64,000 bases of DNA. Source: Bythopirellula sp. GTDB lineage: Bacteria; Planctomycetota; Planctomycetia; Pirellulales; Lacipirellulaceae. This document shows, piece by piece, positions 51,037 through 60,278 of the stretch. The notes below the pieces were generated by a model. That model searched no databases. It saw only the letters and a list, made by a program, of their open reading frames with translations, and was not told the origin of the DNA. The DNA is taken from positions 4,896,001 through 4,960,000 of the forward strand of contig OZ244170.1 in the NCBI GenBank assembly GCA_965216565.1, read 5' to 3'. Made by a program: the position numbers and the translations under genes. Every line of letters starts with the position of its first letter. The first letter of the stretch is position 1.

Positions 51037-51534
51037 CTAGCTCGCGCTCGAACCATAGTCCCAGGTGGCTGCCTGGCCGTCGCACTCGTCGACGGTAAGG
51101 CTCAGACGAGTGGGCTGAAAGCCGTGGCGCTCTTCTAACTGAGTTAGCAACTCTGTGCCTAAGTATCGGGCCAAGAGCTCGGAAGTTGTGTTGGCCACTG
51201 GCAGAATGACGCAATCTTCAGAAGGAAATACCCAGCGTCGTTCGCCGTGGGTAACGACTAGCTCGTTCCGCTCTTGAGCCACCGCAATGGTTGGGTGCTC
51301 GCTGGGTAAGAGCATTTGATGATCGAGTCGATCGACTAACTCCTGCACAAGGTCTCGCAAGGCGACAAAGTCGAACACATACTCATTTCTGCCCAAGGGA
51401 CCATGCACACGAACAGACACGTGGTAGTTGTGTCCGTGGAGATGCTCGCATACGTCGTCCTGATAAGTAATGAAATGCGCGGCAGAAAACACCAGCCGTG
51501 GCAGTTCGAGTTGGACGGAAAATTCTTCAGGCAT
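51037..51534 (-). CDS. 6-pyruvoyl/6-carboxy-tetrahydropterin synthase (QueD-like)
   Basis: FSAAHF, CEHLHGHNY, LDH, TSELLA. Confidence 0.88.
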   Translation of the reverse strand: MPEEFSVQLELPRLVFSAAHFITYQDDVCEHLHGHNYHVSVRVHGPLGRNEYVFDFVALRDLVQELVDRLDHQMLLPSEHPTIAVAQERNELVVTHGERRWVFPSEDCVILPVANTTSELLARYLGTELLTQLEERHGFQPTRLSLTVDECDGQAATWDYGSSAS

Positions 51535-51650
51535 AGGTGGCATGCATTCCTAGTACGGATTGTGGTGCAACTGCAAGTGTGAATATTCTACCACTGATCG
51601 CTGCAAAAGTCGCCGGTGCATGTTGCGATGAAGGCTGTACGTATGAGTTT

Positions 51651-52484
51651 CTAATAAAACTTCATGGGCCATTGAATGCGTTGCTCGCGGAGCAAAACGA
51701 ATAAACCTGCCGCGACAAAGTCCGCCGAGGTGCCAGGATTTCGCCGATGGCCATCACTTCGGAGATAAAAATCGAACTCGGCTAGCTCCTCCTGGTAGTT
51801 GCCACTAGAGAGCACCTGTGCCGCTCGCAGAGACACTTCTTTGGCGAAGGTTTCACCGCACTTTCGTTGAATCAAGCTGTCGGCGTGCTCGGCAAGTAGT
51901 TCCAGATAACCTCGCACGATGGAATCCGATAGCGAAACGTTCGAGTCGTAAGCTGCTGCAATTTTATCGGCTGTTTGAAAGACTTGCTCAAAGCCGTTGA
52001 TATATTGCCTGGCGATTAGGTCTCGCTCAGCAGCCAGTCCCATTGCTTCGTCTAAATTGATTTCCGGTGGTGGTTCGTTGACGTCTGCCTCTTCAACTTT
52101 TCCTAAGCCACCTGCCTGTGCCGTGCGAATTGCCGAGTACACCTCCCGCGTATCAATGGAATCGAGCCCCTTGAGCACTAGTTTGATGCCGTCCCGCAGT
52201 GAAACATCACGATCGGCCGCAGCCAGTGGGGTGATTAATAACAGAATTCCTAAATTGGTGTTGGTGCCGACCGCCTGTTGGGTTGCTTCAACCGCATCGC
52301 GAACTGTTTGCCCCACGCCGGAGAGACTGGCACGTTCGACGATCGGCCCCACCACTGCCGCGCTGGTGGCAAAGTCGGCAAACGTCAGATCTTCGAAATC
52401 GGCACCGCGGTGCACATTGCCTGGTTTGGGAGCAAGTGCTTCCCAGAGGCAGGCCAAAGTGGCACAGTTGCCAATGCTGATCAT
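51651..52484 (-). CDS. CitG-like triphosphoribosyl-dephospho-CoA synthase family protein
   Basis: KPGNVHR, NTNLG, DSLIQRKCG, NPGTSAD. Confidence 0.88.
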   Translation of the reverse strand: MISIGNCATLACLWEALAPKPGNVHRGADFEDLTFADFATSAAVVGPIVERASLSGVGQTVRDAVEATQQAVGTNTNLGILLLITPLAAADRDVSLRDGIKLVLKGLDSIDTREVYSAIRTAQAGGLGKVEEADVNEPPPEINLDEAMGLAAERDLIARQYINGFEQVFQTADKIAAAYDSNVSLSDSIVRGYLELLAEHADSLIQRKCGETFAKEVSLRAAQVLSSGNYQEELAEFDFYLRSDGHRRNPGTSADFVAAGLFVLLREQRIQWPMKFY

Positions 52485-53398
52485 GTTGCGATACCTGCCG
52501 TTGGCGAGGGCGACTGGGAGAGAAACTCCCGGACACTCGACACGACCTCGTCCGTAGCGTCTTCAAGCACCCAATGCCCTGCGTCCGCAATACGATGGAC
52601 CTGTGCCTGGGGCCAGTATTTGCAAAACTTCTCTAGACACTCAGGCGTGAAGCACCAGTCTTTCATTCCCCAAATCAACCGTTTCGGGATATCGGTCAGC
52701 GTATCTAGCTTGCCCTCGATCTCCGACAAAGTATTCCAGGTAGGGTGCGTTGCGGAGAGTGGAATATCGCGCACAAACTGATGAACCGCCGCCCTCCGCT
52801 GCCAATTGTGGTAGGGTGCGAGATATGCAGCCTCAACACGAGGATCCAATTGTTGTTGTCGCGAGAGTGTCATGCGAAGCGCTGCACGCGAAAAAGCATT
52901 CGCCCCCTGCAACGCCAGTTTTCCAAAGATTGGCCACCGACTGACTCGAATCCGCCACGGGATAAACCAAGGTTTGAATGCACCCGTATTGAGCAGCACA
53001 ATCCGCTCGAATCGCTGCCGCTCTTCGAGCAGGGCCCCCAAGCCGATGGCTCCGCCCCAATCTTGGGCAACCAGGGTCACACGTTGTAAATCTAAAGCCT
53101 GAATTAGGCAGCGCAGGTTCTCGATATGGTCGGCCAAACGCAGCGGACGCGGCTGGAGATCGCTGTAGCCGCAGCCCAAATGGTCTGGAGCAATACAGCG
53201 GTATCGATCTCGACAATGCTCGATCAATTCCCGCCAGTGGAAAGACCAGGTGGGATTGCCGTGCACAAACAACAGCGTCTGCTGGCTGGAGTTTGGATTT
53301 TCGTCGACATAGTGGTAGCTGCAGCCGTCCACCTCCAGGCGGGCGGTTTCAAACGGATAGAGTCCATGCCAGAGCTCTTCATTCGGTAGCGTATCCAA
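52481..53398 (-). CDS. oleB: OleB-like alpha/beta hydrolase (haloalkane-dehalogenase-like beta-lactone decarboxylase)
   Basis: LYPF, HYVDE, HGNPTWSF, PDHLGCGYS, QDWGG, FVRDIP, WGMKDWCF, AGHWVLED; start uncertain. Confidence 0.75.
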   Translation of the reverse strand: MDTLPNEELWHGLYPFETARLEVDGCSYHYVDENPNSSQQTLLFVHGNPTWSFHWRELIEHCRDRYRCIAPDHLGCGYSDLQPRPLRLADHIENLRCLIQALDLQRVTLVAQDWGGAIGLGALLEERQRFERIVLLNTGAFKPWFIPWRIRVSRWPIFGKLALQGANAFSRAALRMTLSRQQQLDPRVEAAYLAPYHNWQRRAAVHQFVRDIPLSATHPTWNTLSEIEGKLDTLTDIPKRLIWGMKDWCFTPECLEKFCKYWPQAQVHRIADAGHWVLEDATDEVVSSVREFLSQSPSPTAGIAT

Positions 53399-53595
53399 TG
53401 GTGGCAAGAACCCTTCTGCTTGTCTGGAGGTCGAGTGAGACTCACAGTCTACCAAAGCGACATTTCCCGGGCAGCGGGGTAGAGGAGTTACCGACCTGTT
53501 TTCCACGTGCACCTTTGACGATTCGTGTCTCACAGCGTACAAATAGGTGGTAGCGGCTTGCTATAAGAATCGAGGAAAAACAACTTCTCATTCGT

Positions 53596-53632
53596 CCCTC
53601 GCCCCTTTGGGGAGAGGGTAGGGTGAGGGGGG
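53596..53632. repeat. Palindromic intergenic repeat
   Basis: CCCTCGCCCCTTTGGGGAGAGGGTAGGGTGAGGGG; related copies at 27893, 31561, 46747. Confidence 0.75.
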
Positions 53633-53679
53633 AGAACGACTAAGGAAGTTGTTTTTCCTCGATTCCGTAGTTCGGCTGC

Positions 53680-53777
53680 TGGCGAGGGGCCCTTGCAATG
53701 GGGGCCTTGCGAACCTGGTCAGGGTGGAAACACTGCAGCCATAAGCTTGTGCTTCTTTGTGTGGGGGCCTCTCGCCA
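53680..53777 (+). ncRNA. ffs: Small signal recognition particle RNA (4.5S)
   Basis: Terminal pairing TGGCGAG/CTCGCCA; domain IV-like TCAGG-GTG-GAAA-CAC-TGCAGCC; directly upstream of dnaX. Confidence 0.85.
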
Positions 53778-53867
53778 GACGTCGGATTCTTTGCAAATTG
53801 TGGATTGGCCATTGCAAATTGCAAATCCCCAGTAGCCCTAGCGCATTTGCTATTCTCAGAATCTGCA

Positions 53868-55664
53868 ATGACCGAAACTTCCTCTGCTACCGCCGATAAT
53901 CCCACAACCGACTACGTCGTGGTCGCACGCCGCTATCGGCCGCAGACCTTTGAAGAACTGATCGGCCAAGGACACGTAGCCCAGGCTCTGTCCAATGCAA
54001 TCGCTAGCAGCCGCGTTGGCCATGCCTACCTGTTTACCGGGGCTCGCGGGGTGGGGAAAACCTCCGCAGCGCGGATCCTGGCCAAGGCACTCAACTGCGC
54101 CGAGGGCACCTCTTCAGTCCCTTGCAACGAATGCGAAATCTGCCAAAGCGTCAGCACGGGCGATGACATCGACGTATTGGAAATCGACGGTGCCAGCAAC
54201 CGGGGCATCGACGAGATCCGCCAGCTACGGCAGAACGTCGCCGTACGGCCCAGCCGTGCTCGATTCAAGATCTACATCATCGACGAAGTACACATGCTCA
54301 CGAAGGAAGCGTTCAACGCTCTGTTGAAAACGCTGGAAGAGCCTCCCGAGCATGTCAAATTCATCTTTGCTACGACCGAGCCCAACAAGATCCCCGTCAC
54401 GATTCTTTCGCGGTGCCAGCGTTATGACTTTGCTGGAATCGAGGCTGCCGCCATTCAGGACCGGCTATCGCAAATTGCCGAAGCCGAGGGCGTTTCCATC
54501 GAGACCGACGCTTTGCAGATTTTGGCGATGCGTGCTGCCGGATCGATGCGTGATAGTCAGTCGCTATTAGAGCAATTGCTCTCGACCGGCAATAAAGAGA
54601 TCAGCTCTGCGGATGTCACAACACTGCTTGGCATTGCCCCTGCCGCACGACTGAGCCAATTGATGCTGCCCTTGATTGGCCGCAATGCGGCTGAGGCCCT
54701 ATCACAGCTTGATGCGACGATCACCGAGGGCGCGGAAGTTAGCCAGTTAATCGACCAAATTCTCGGTTATCTACGCGACGTAATGACACAGTGCGTCGGC
54801 TGCGTCCAATCGCAGATGCTGTATGCATTACCTAGCCAATTGGATGAAATCAAAGAGGCTGCTGATAATCTGGGCATACATACGCTGCTGGCGATGATCC
54901 AAATTCTCGACCAAACCGCAGCACGTATGCGTGTGAGTACGCACACCCGCACCCTGGCCGAAATGGCTTTAGTAAGAATCTGCCAACTCGAAAACCTCGA
55001 CGATCTGGCAAATATCCTCGAACAACTCCAGGGCTCCCCTCAGCAGTCGGTAGCCCGAGCGCCGGCAAAAAAAAACGTCGTACCTAGGCCAAGCTCCCCA
55101 GCTGTAAGTGCCGCGGATCGTGCCGCTCCCGCCAGGCCATCGCCAGTCTCGCAAGCGGCGACCGCCACAGCCGTCGAGATAACGACTCCCTCGGTTGCAG
55201 AATCAGCCTCATCACCCGACACGGTGCAAGAGCCAGCCACGGAGTCACTGCCCATCGCCACACCATTGACGGCAGAGAATGTCGAAGAAATTTGGAAGCA
55301 AGCGCTGGACTCGCTCAGCGGCATGGTTGCCGACCATGCGGCGGCGGCCGATGAAGTATCCGTCGACGATCAAGGGCGACTCGTCGCTAGTTTCTCGGAA
55401 GTCTTTCATCGCGATTTTTGTGAAAAAGCTAATAACCGCAGTCGACTCGAGACTGCTCTGCAACAGGTGTGCGGCACGAAAGTCCCGTTGCAGTTTAATT
55501 CTCACGCACGAGTTGACGCCGGCAAAAAACAGATTGCTCCGCGCCGCTCTCGTAGGCAGCAGCAACTAGAAATTGCCAGCCAGCCATTCGTACAAAAGGC
55601 AATGGAACTGTTCGACGGCGATCCTGCCCGCCTTCGTTATGTCCCCCCCTCAGAAAACTCTTAA
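53868..55664 (+). CDS. dnaX: DNA polymerase III subunit gamma/tau
   Basis: ARRYRPQTF, GARGVGKT, IDEVHML, LLKTLEEPP, TILSRC, GSMRD. Confidence 0.97.
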   Translation: MTETSSATADNPTTDYVVVARRYRPQTFEELIGQGHVAQALSNAIASSRVGHAYLFTGARGVGKTSAARILAKALNCAEGTSSVPCNECEICQSVSTGDDIDVLEIDGASNRGIDEIRQLRQNVAVRPSRARFKIYIIDEVHMLTKEAFNALLKTLEEPPEHVKFIFATTEPNKIPVTILSRCQRYDFAGIEAAAIQDRLSQIAEAEGVSIETDALQILAMRAAGSMRDSQSLLEQLLSTGNKEISSADVTTLLGIAPAARLSQLMLPLIGRNAAEALSQLDATITEGAEVSQLIDQILGYLRDVMTQCVGCVQSQMLYALPSQLDEIKEAADNLGIHTLLAMIQILDQTAARMRVSTHTRTLAEMALVRICQLENLDDLANILEQLQGSPQQSVARAPAKKNVVPRPSSPAVSAADRAAPARPSPVSQAATATAVEITTPSVAESASSPDTVQEPATESLPIATPLTAENVEEIWKQALDSLSGMVADHAAAADEVSVDDQGRLVASFSEVFHRDFCEKANNRSRLETALQQVCGTKVPLQFNSHARVDAGKKQIAPRRSRRQQQLEIASQPFVQKAMELFDGDPARLRYVPPSENS

Positions 55665-55682
55665 GCCGGTCGCGGAGATCCC

Positions 55683-56045
55683 ATGTTCAAAGGCCTCGGA
55701 AATATCGCCAGTCTGATGAAGCAAGCTCAGGAAATGGGCGGCAAAATGCAGCAGCTTAACGAACAACTCAAAGCCGAGCGCGTTACCGGCAACGCAGGAG
55801 CGGGACTCGTAGAAATTGAATCCAATGGTTTGGGCGAAGTGTTATCCGTCCGCATTGACCCCTCGCTGATGGAAAAACAAGATCAGGAACTTATCGAAGA
55901 CCTCCTGCCGGCAGCCTTTAATGCTGCAAGAGAAAAAGCCACTCAACTACATGCCGAGAAAATGCAATCTTTGACCGGTGGTATCGACATGGCCGGTCTC
56001 GGCGATCTCTTGGGACAATCTGGCGATGCCCCCCCGACAGCTTGA
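55683..56045 (+). CDS. ybaB: YbaB/EbfC nucleoid-associated protein
   Basis: MKQAQEM, GNAGAGLV, IEDL..AAFN; follows dnaX. Confidence 0.93.
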   Translation: MFKGLGNIASLMKQAQEMGGKMQQLNEQLKAERVTGNAGAGLVEIESNGLGEVLSVRIDPSLMEKQDQELIEDLLPAAFNAAREKATQLHAEKMQSLTGGIDMAGLGDLLGQSGDAPPTA

Positions 56046-56297
56046 CCGATTACCTAAGTTAAGCTCCCCCTGCTATCAAAAAGTACGGTACAATTAACTG
56101 GGCACGCCACGCAAATTCGTGCTAGGGCGATGCTCGGATTTTCCCTGCATATTGCTGTTTGCGGCCTAGTGAAGACGTTGTGGTGCGCCGGGAGGCGGCA
56201 AGTTTGACCTTCGGCAGCCACTCGCATTATGCTACAGATGCAACCAGCGACGCGTGCTTTTGTTTTCACCTCCTAAATAGCTAAAGATTCAATCTCG

Positions 56298-57815
56298 ATG
56301 CGACTTTCCTTTGGTCAACAAATGCAGATGGCTCAGAAGCAGGTGCTTGCACCGCGGATGATCCAGTCGATGGAAATCCTGCAGTTGCCCATCATGGCTT
56401 TGCAAGAGCGCATCGAACAGGAGATGGAAGACAACCCGGTGCTCGACCAGATCGAGCCAACCGAAGATACCAGCAGTCTCTCCGACACGGCCGTCAATCC
56501 TGACGCTCCTACCGAGAGAGAAAAAGAGCTGGTTGTTGAGGACAACAACAACAACGAGGAAGATTTCGAACGGCTCATGAACATGGCCGAGAATCTTCCC
56601 GACGATTACGAAGAGCGAAGTCGACCCTCACGGGGACAAATCGAAGCCGAAGGCGATCGTCGCCACGATGCGATGGCCAATATGGTAGCTCGTCCGGAAT
56701 CGTTGCTTGAATACTTAGAACACCAATTAAGTTGGTACGACTTGGAAGATGATCTTCGCCGCTACTGCCAGCGAATCATCTACAATCTCGATAGCAACGG
56801 CTATCTGAAATCGCCGCTGGAAGATTTGCTGGCCACACCACCGGCTGAGCTCAATGGTGACGCGCAAACGTGGCAGGCGGAACAACTCAAAATTGCCGAG
56901 CAGGCCCTCTCCGTGGTTCAGCGACTCGACCCGATTGGCGTCGGCGCTAGAAATCTCAAAGAGTGTTTGTTGCTACAGCTCACACCGGGATTGCTGTTCT
57001 TCGAAGAGCTGCAGGTTTTAATCGAAAACCACTTAGAGGATTTGGAGAACAACCGACTGCCACTCATCTCGAAGAAAACCGGATTTTCGATCGAGACGAT
57101 TCAAGAAGCCTGGGAAGACCTACGCACGCTAAAGCCCAAGCCCGGTGCGGAATTCAATGAAACCTTCGCTCCCTCGGTTACTCCCGATGTCTTCATCGAT
57201 CGACTCAGCGACGGTGGCTATGAAGTCCGACTGGAAGACACCCAGTTGCCTTCCCTGTACATTAGCCCCACTTATCGCAAACTGCTACAAGATGCAGGCA
57301 CCAATGCCGAGACGCGGGAATACATCAAACGCAAAGTCAATTCCGCACAGTGGATTATCGAAGCGATTGAACAACGCCGCAGTACATTAACGCGAGTGTC
57401 GCAGGCTATTGTCGACCATCAGCAAAAGTTTCTTGATGACGGCCCGGAGCACATCGAGCCGCTAAAGATGCAGCAAATTGCCGATAAGGTGGGCGTTCAT
57501 GTTACCACCGTGAGCCGCGCTGTCGACGACAAGTGGATGCAAACGCCACGGGGAATTTTCCCACTCAAGCGGTTCTTCGTCGGCGGCACCACAGGAGCGG
57601 ATGGTGCGGAGGTTGCCTGGGACAAAGTGCGACTCAAGCTACAGGAAATTGTCGACGAAGAAGACAAAACTAAGCCGCTTAGTGATGATGCCCTGGTCGA
57701 AGCTTTATCAAAGCACGGTATCAAAGTGGCCCGCCGCACGGTCACGAAGTATCGCAAGGCGATGAACATTCCCAGCAGTCGCCAGCGTCGCGACTGGACC
57801 GAGGCCGAAAAATAA
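56298..57815 (+). CDS. rpoN: RNA polymerase sigma-54 factor
   Basis: QSMEILQLP, GVGARNLKECLLLQL, HVTTVSRA, ARRTVTKYR RpoN box. Confidence 0.97.
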   Translation: MRLSFGQQMQMAQKQVLAPRMIQSMEILQLPIMALQERIEQEMEDNPVLDQIEPTEDTSSLSDTAVNPDAPTEREKELVVEDNNNNEEDFERLMNMAENLPDDYEERSRPSRGQIEAEGDRRHDAMANMVARPESLLEYLEHQLSWYDLEDDLRRYCQRIIYNLDSNGYLKSPLEDLLATPPAELNGDAQTWQAEQLKIAEQALSVVQRLDPIGVGARNLKECLLLQLTPGLLFFEELQVLIENHLEDLENNRLPLISKKTGFSIETIQEAWEDLRTLKPKPGAEFNETFAPSVTPDVFIDRLSDGGYEVRLEDTQLPSLYISPTYRKLLQDAGTNAETREYIKRKVNSAQWIIEAIEQRRSTLTRVSQAIVDHQQKFLDDGPEHIEPLKMQQIADKVGVHVTTVSRAVDDKWMQTPRGIFPLKRFFVGGTTGADGAEVAWDKVRLKLQEIVDEEDKTKPLSDDALVEALSKHGIKVARRTVTKYRKAMNIPSSRQRRDWTEAEK

Positions 57816-57937
57816 TCGGCTCCTTCTTGTTTGTGAATCCACGAACTTAGCAATACCTGAGGGTGCGCGTTGGTAACAGACGAGTTTTGCACTATGTCGT
57901 GAATGAGCCGATCAGTGTGCCGAACAATGTGCTCAAC

Positions 57938-58567
57938 TCAGACGCTTTCGATGTGCAGGCCACGTTTGCGCCGTTCTTGGCGACGTGTTTCATCAATCAA
58001 TGAAGCCACTGCCCTCACATTTTCTATGCCTGGCAACTCGATGCTGGGGTGCGTTTGGTCACTAGAATTGATCTTTACCGTGCCAACTCCTAGCAGACGT
58101 TCCACCGGTCCCTGGACGTAGCTGACGTCATCGATATCAATTGCTTCCACGCGATCGATTTCTCGCCACAGCAGTCCCTGTTCGTGAACGAACCGTTCGT
58201 TGGACAGATAATAGTGCCGACTCAACTGCAGATAGAGAAGGCGAATAATCAGAGCGACCCAGATCAATAAGATCAGTCCCACCGCAATAAACCATCCGAA
58301 GCCGGTGAAGCTAGCGATCACTCCGATGATAAACAAAACGAGTGATATCCCCGCCGCGGCGATCCAAGAACTCGTCATCGCGAGCTTGGAGAAGCTTCCC
58401 TGCCAAAGTTCTCTCTCCTGTTCATCTTCGCTCGCTTCTGAGGGCAGGGCAGCCTGGAACCGCTCCCTAGGTGTGGGCTCGCTAGCTTCTTCTTCGAGCC
58501 TAGAGCCACAGTGGTGGCAAAACATGGCCTCGTCAAGCATTTCTTTCTGGCAACTTGGGCAGTTCAT
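57938..58567 (-). CDS. Zinc-ribbon plus bacterial PH-domain membrane protein
   Basis: CPSC..FCHHCG; 2 TM; IDDVSYVQGPVERLLGVGTV. Confidence 0.8.
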   Translation of the reverse strand: MNCPSCQKEMLDEAMFCHHCGSRLEEEASEPTPRERFQAALPSEASEDEQERELWQGSFSKLAMTSSWIAAAGISLVLFIIGVIASFTGFGWFIAVGLILLIWVALIIRLLYLQLSRHYYLSNERFVHEQGLLWREIDRVEAIDIDDVSYVQGPVERLLGVGTVKINSSDQTHPSIELPGIENVRAVASLIDETRRQERRKRGLHIESV

Positions 58568-58756
58568 GGAAGCGAAACTCCTGCTAAATCATCGGCGTCA
58601 ATCTCTGAAACCGTATTATAGGTTGCCAGATCGCCAATGCGAGCCTTTCGCGAGCGGATCCTAACTCTGGTGCGACTGTCTCTAAGTCGTTTTCGGCAAG
58701 CCTAGTGGCCATACCGAGTGCTTTACGACTGGTACGTCTTGTGTATAGTGGTGACC

Positions 58757-59227
58757 ATGAAATGCCCCTTTTGCAGAGCGGACAACGACCGGGTGATCGA
58801 CTCCCGAGCCTGCCAGGACGGATTCTCAATCCGCCGGCGACGAGAATGTCTAAAATGCAAACGCCGCTATACCACCTACGAACGAATCGAAGAATCGGCA
58901 ATCAAGGTGGTAAAGCGAGACGGCACCCGAGTGCCTTTCTCTCGAGACAAGATTAAGTATGGTTTGGAGCGCGCCTGCTGGAAGCGACCCATCGGCGACC
59001 GAGACGTGGAACGCACGGTCGCAGCCATTGAGAACGACGTTTACAGCTCGTTCGAAACTGAGATCGATAGCCGCCAGCTTGGCGAGCTAGTGATGGAACA
59101 TCTCCGTGAACTCGACGAAGTCGCCTTTGTCCGATTCGCGAGCGTGTACCGCCAATTCGCCGATGCAGGAGACTTCGTCGACGAACTGCGACCGTTCTTG
59201 TCCAAGTCAAAACAATCGCCGCGTTAA
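58757..59227 (+). CDS. nrdR: Transcriptional repressor NrdR
   Basis: MKCPFC, VIDSR, RRRRECLKC, ATP cone, VAFVRFASVYR. Confidence 0.97.
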   Translation: MKCPFCRADNDRVIDSRACQDGFSIRRRRECLKCKRRYTTYERIEESAIKVVKRDGTRVPFSRDKIKYGLERACWKRPIGDRDVERTVAAIENDVYSSFETEIDSRQLGELVMEHLRELDEVAFVRFASVYRQFADAGDFVDELRPFLSKSKQSPR

Positions 59228-59321
59228 GCCGTTTCCGGCAGAATTCCTTGATACGGCTTGAAGGCCTATCCTTTGCCGTAACTGGACAGTCCCCCTACAA
59301 CGCTTTAGAATTTTCTTGCTT

Positions 59322-59394
59322 GGGGCGGTAGCTCAGTTGGGAGAGCGCTGCGTTCGCAATGCAGAGGTCGGGAGTTCGAATCTCCTTCGCTCCA
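59322..59394 (+). tRNA. tRNA-Ala(CGC), CCA not encoded
   Basis: GGGGCGGTAGCTCAGTTGGGAGAGC; anticodon arm CTGCG-TTCGCAA-TGCAG; GTTCGAATC. Confidence 0.95.
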
Positions 59395-59493
59395 CTATCT
59401 ACTAAAGAGGGATCTCTTGAGAGGGGACAGGACAGCTTTTTAGGTAGCTGTCGTCGTTGTTCCCGGTGCCGCCGAACCATTGGCGGGCGGCAG

Positions 59494-60165
59494 CTAATTT
59501 GCGGTGACAGGCAATTGTTCTGCGGCCGCCAGAGCAATTTCATTGGCGGGTGGGTCGAGCTCGGCGCACTGCCCGCACCCTTTCCCGCAGGAGGGGCAAG
59601 AACATCTCTTACCTCGACAGCATTTGTTTCCTGTCCGGACGCATTTCACGTCCCACTCATAGCCGCACTTCTCGCACTTATACTCGTGTTTCTCAAGAAC
59701 ATTGATGCAACGCACCCGACCGCAAGGTGCCGCAGCGCATTGACTGCATTTCTGACAAGCACATCCACCGCCGCAACAGGCATCGTCTTTTGATTTGTGA
59801 TCGCAAAACAGGTTGAACTGAAATCGTGGGATGCAAACCAACTTGGATTTCACGAGCCAACAGTGATTCTTCACCTCTTCGGTCACGCACCTCGGACAGC
59901 ATACCGCTTTGCAGCAGCAACAGTTCTTCCCAGCAGAGCCTCCGCTGCGGCATTGGTCTCCACAGCAGTCCCCAGTACAACCGGCAGGAGTCACTTCAGT
60001 ATCATGCTCTACCCCAGGTAGGTCCGAAACCTCAGCCCCATCTGGCTCCAATGGCGGAGCATCGGAGCTAGAATCGGCAACTGCTGAAACAGCGGTCAGC
60101 ATACTCAGGCAACACAGGGCCACGATCCTGGTGATTGCAGACTCGATAGAACTTGTTTTTTGCAT
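59494..60165 (-). CDS. Secreted cysteine-rich protein
   Basis: TAAGGA upstream; signal peptide; about 34 Cys in 223 aa (hand count). Confidence 0.75.
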   Translation of the reverse strand: MQKTSSIESAITRIVALCCLSMLTAVSAVADSSSDAPPLEPDGAEVSDLPGVEHDTEVTPAGCTGDCCGDQCRSGGSAGKNCCCCKAVCCPRCVTEEVKNHCWLVKSKLVCIPRFQFNLFCDHKSKDDACCGGGCACQKCSQCAAAPCGRVRCINVLEKHEYKCEKCGYEWDVKCVRTGNKCCRGKRCSCPSCGKGCGQCAELDPPANEIALAAAEQLPVTAN

Positions 60166-60278
60166 CAGAACGAATCCTTATGTATCGATGCTTGAAATGC
60201 TGGTGCTGGTCGTAAGTTCTTGTTTCTCAAAGTAAATCGGCGTATTCAACTATGCCGGGCCATCGCCTTAGCCCGCCA

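Noticed and set aside
53757..53867. dnaX extension in the ORF track
   Set aside because: Overlaps the SRP RNA and a periodic repeat
56095..56125. Sigma-54 promoter upstream of rpoN (TGGGCACG)
   Set aside because: GG-N10-GC spacing not met
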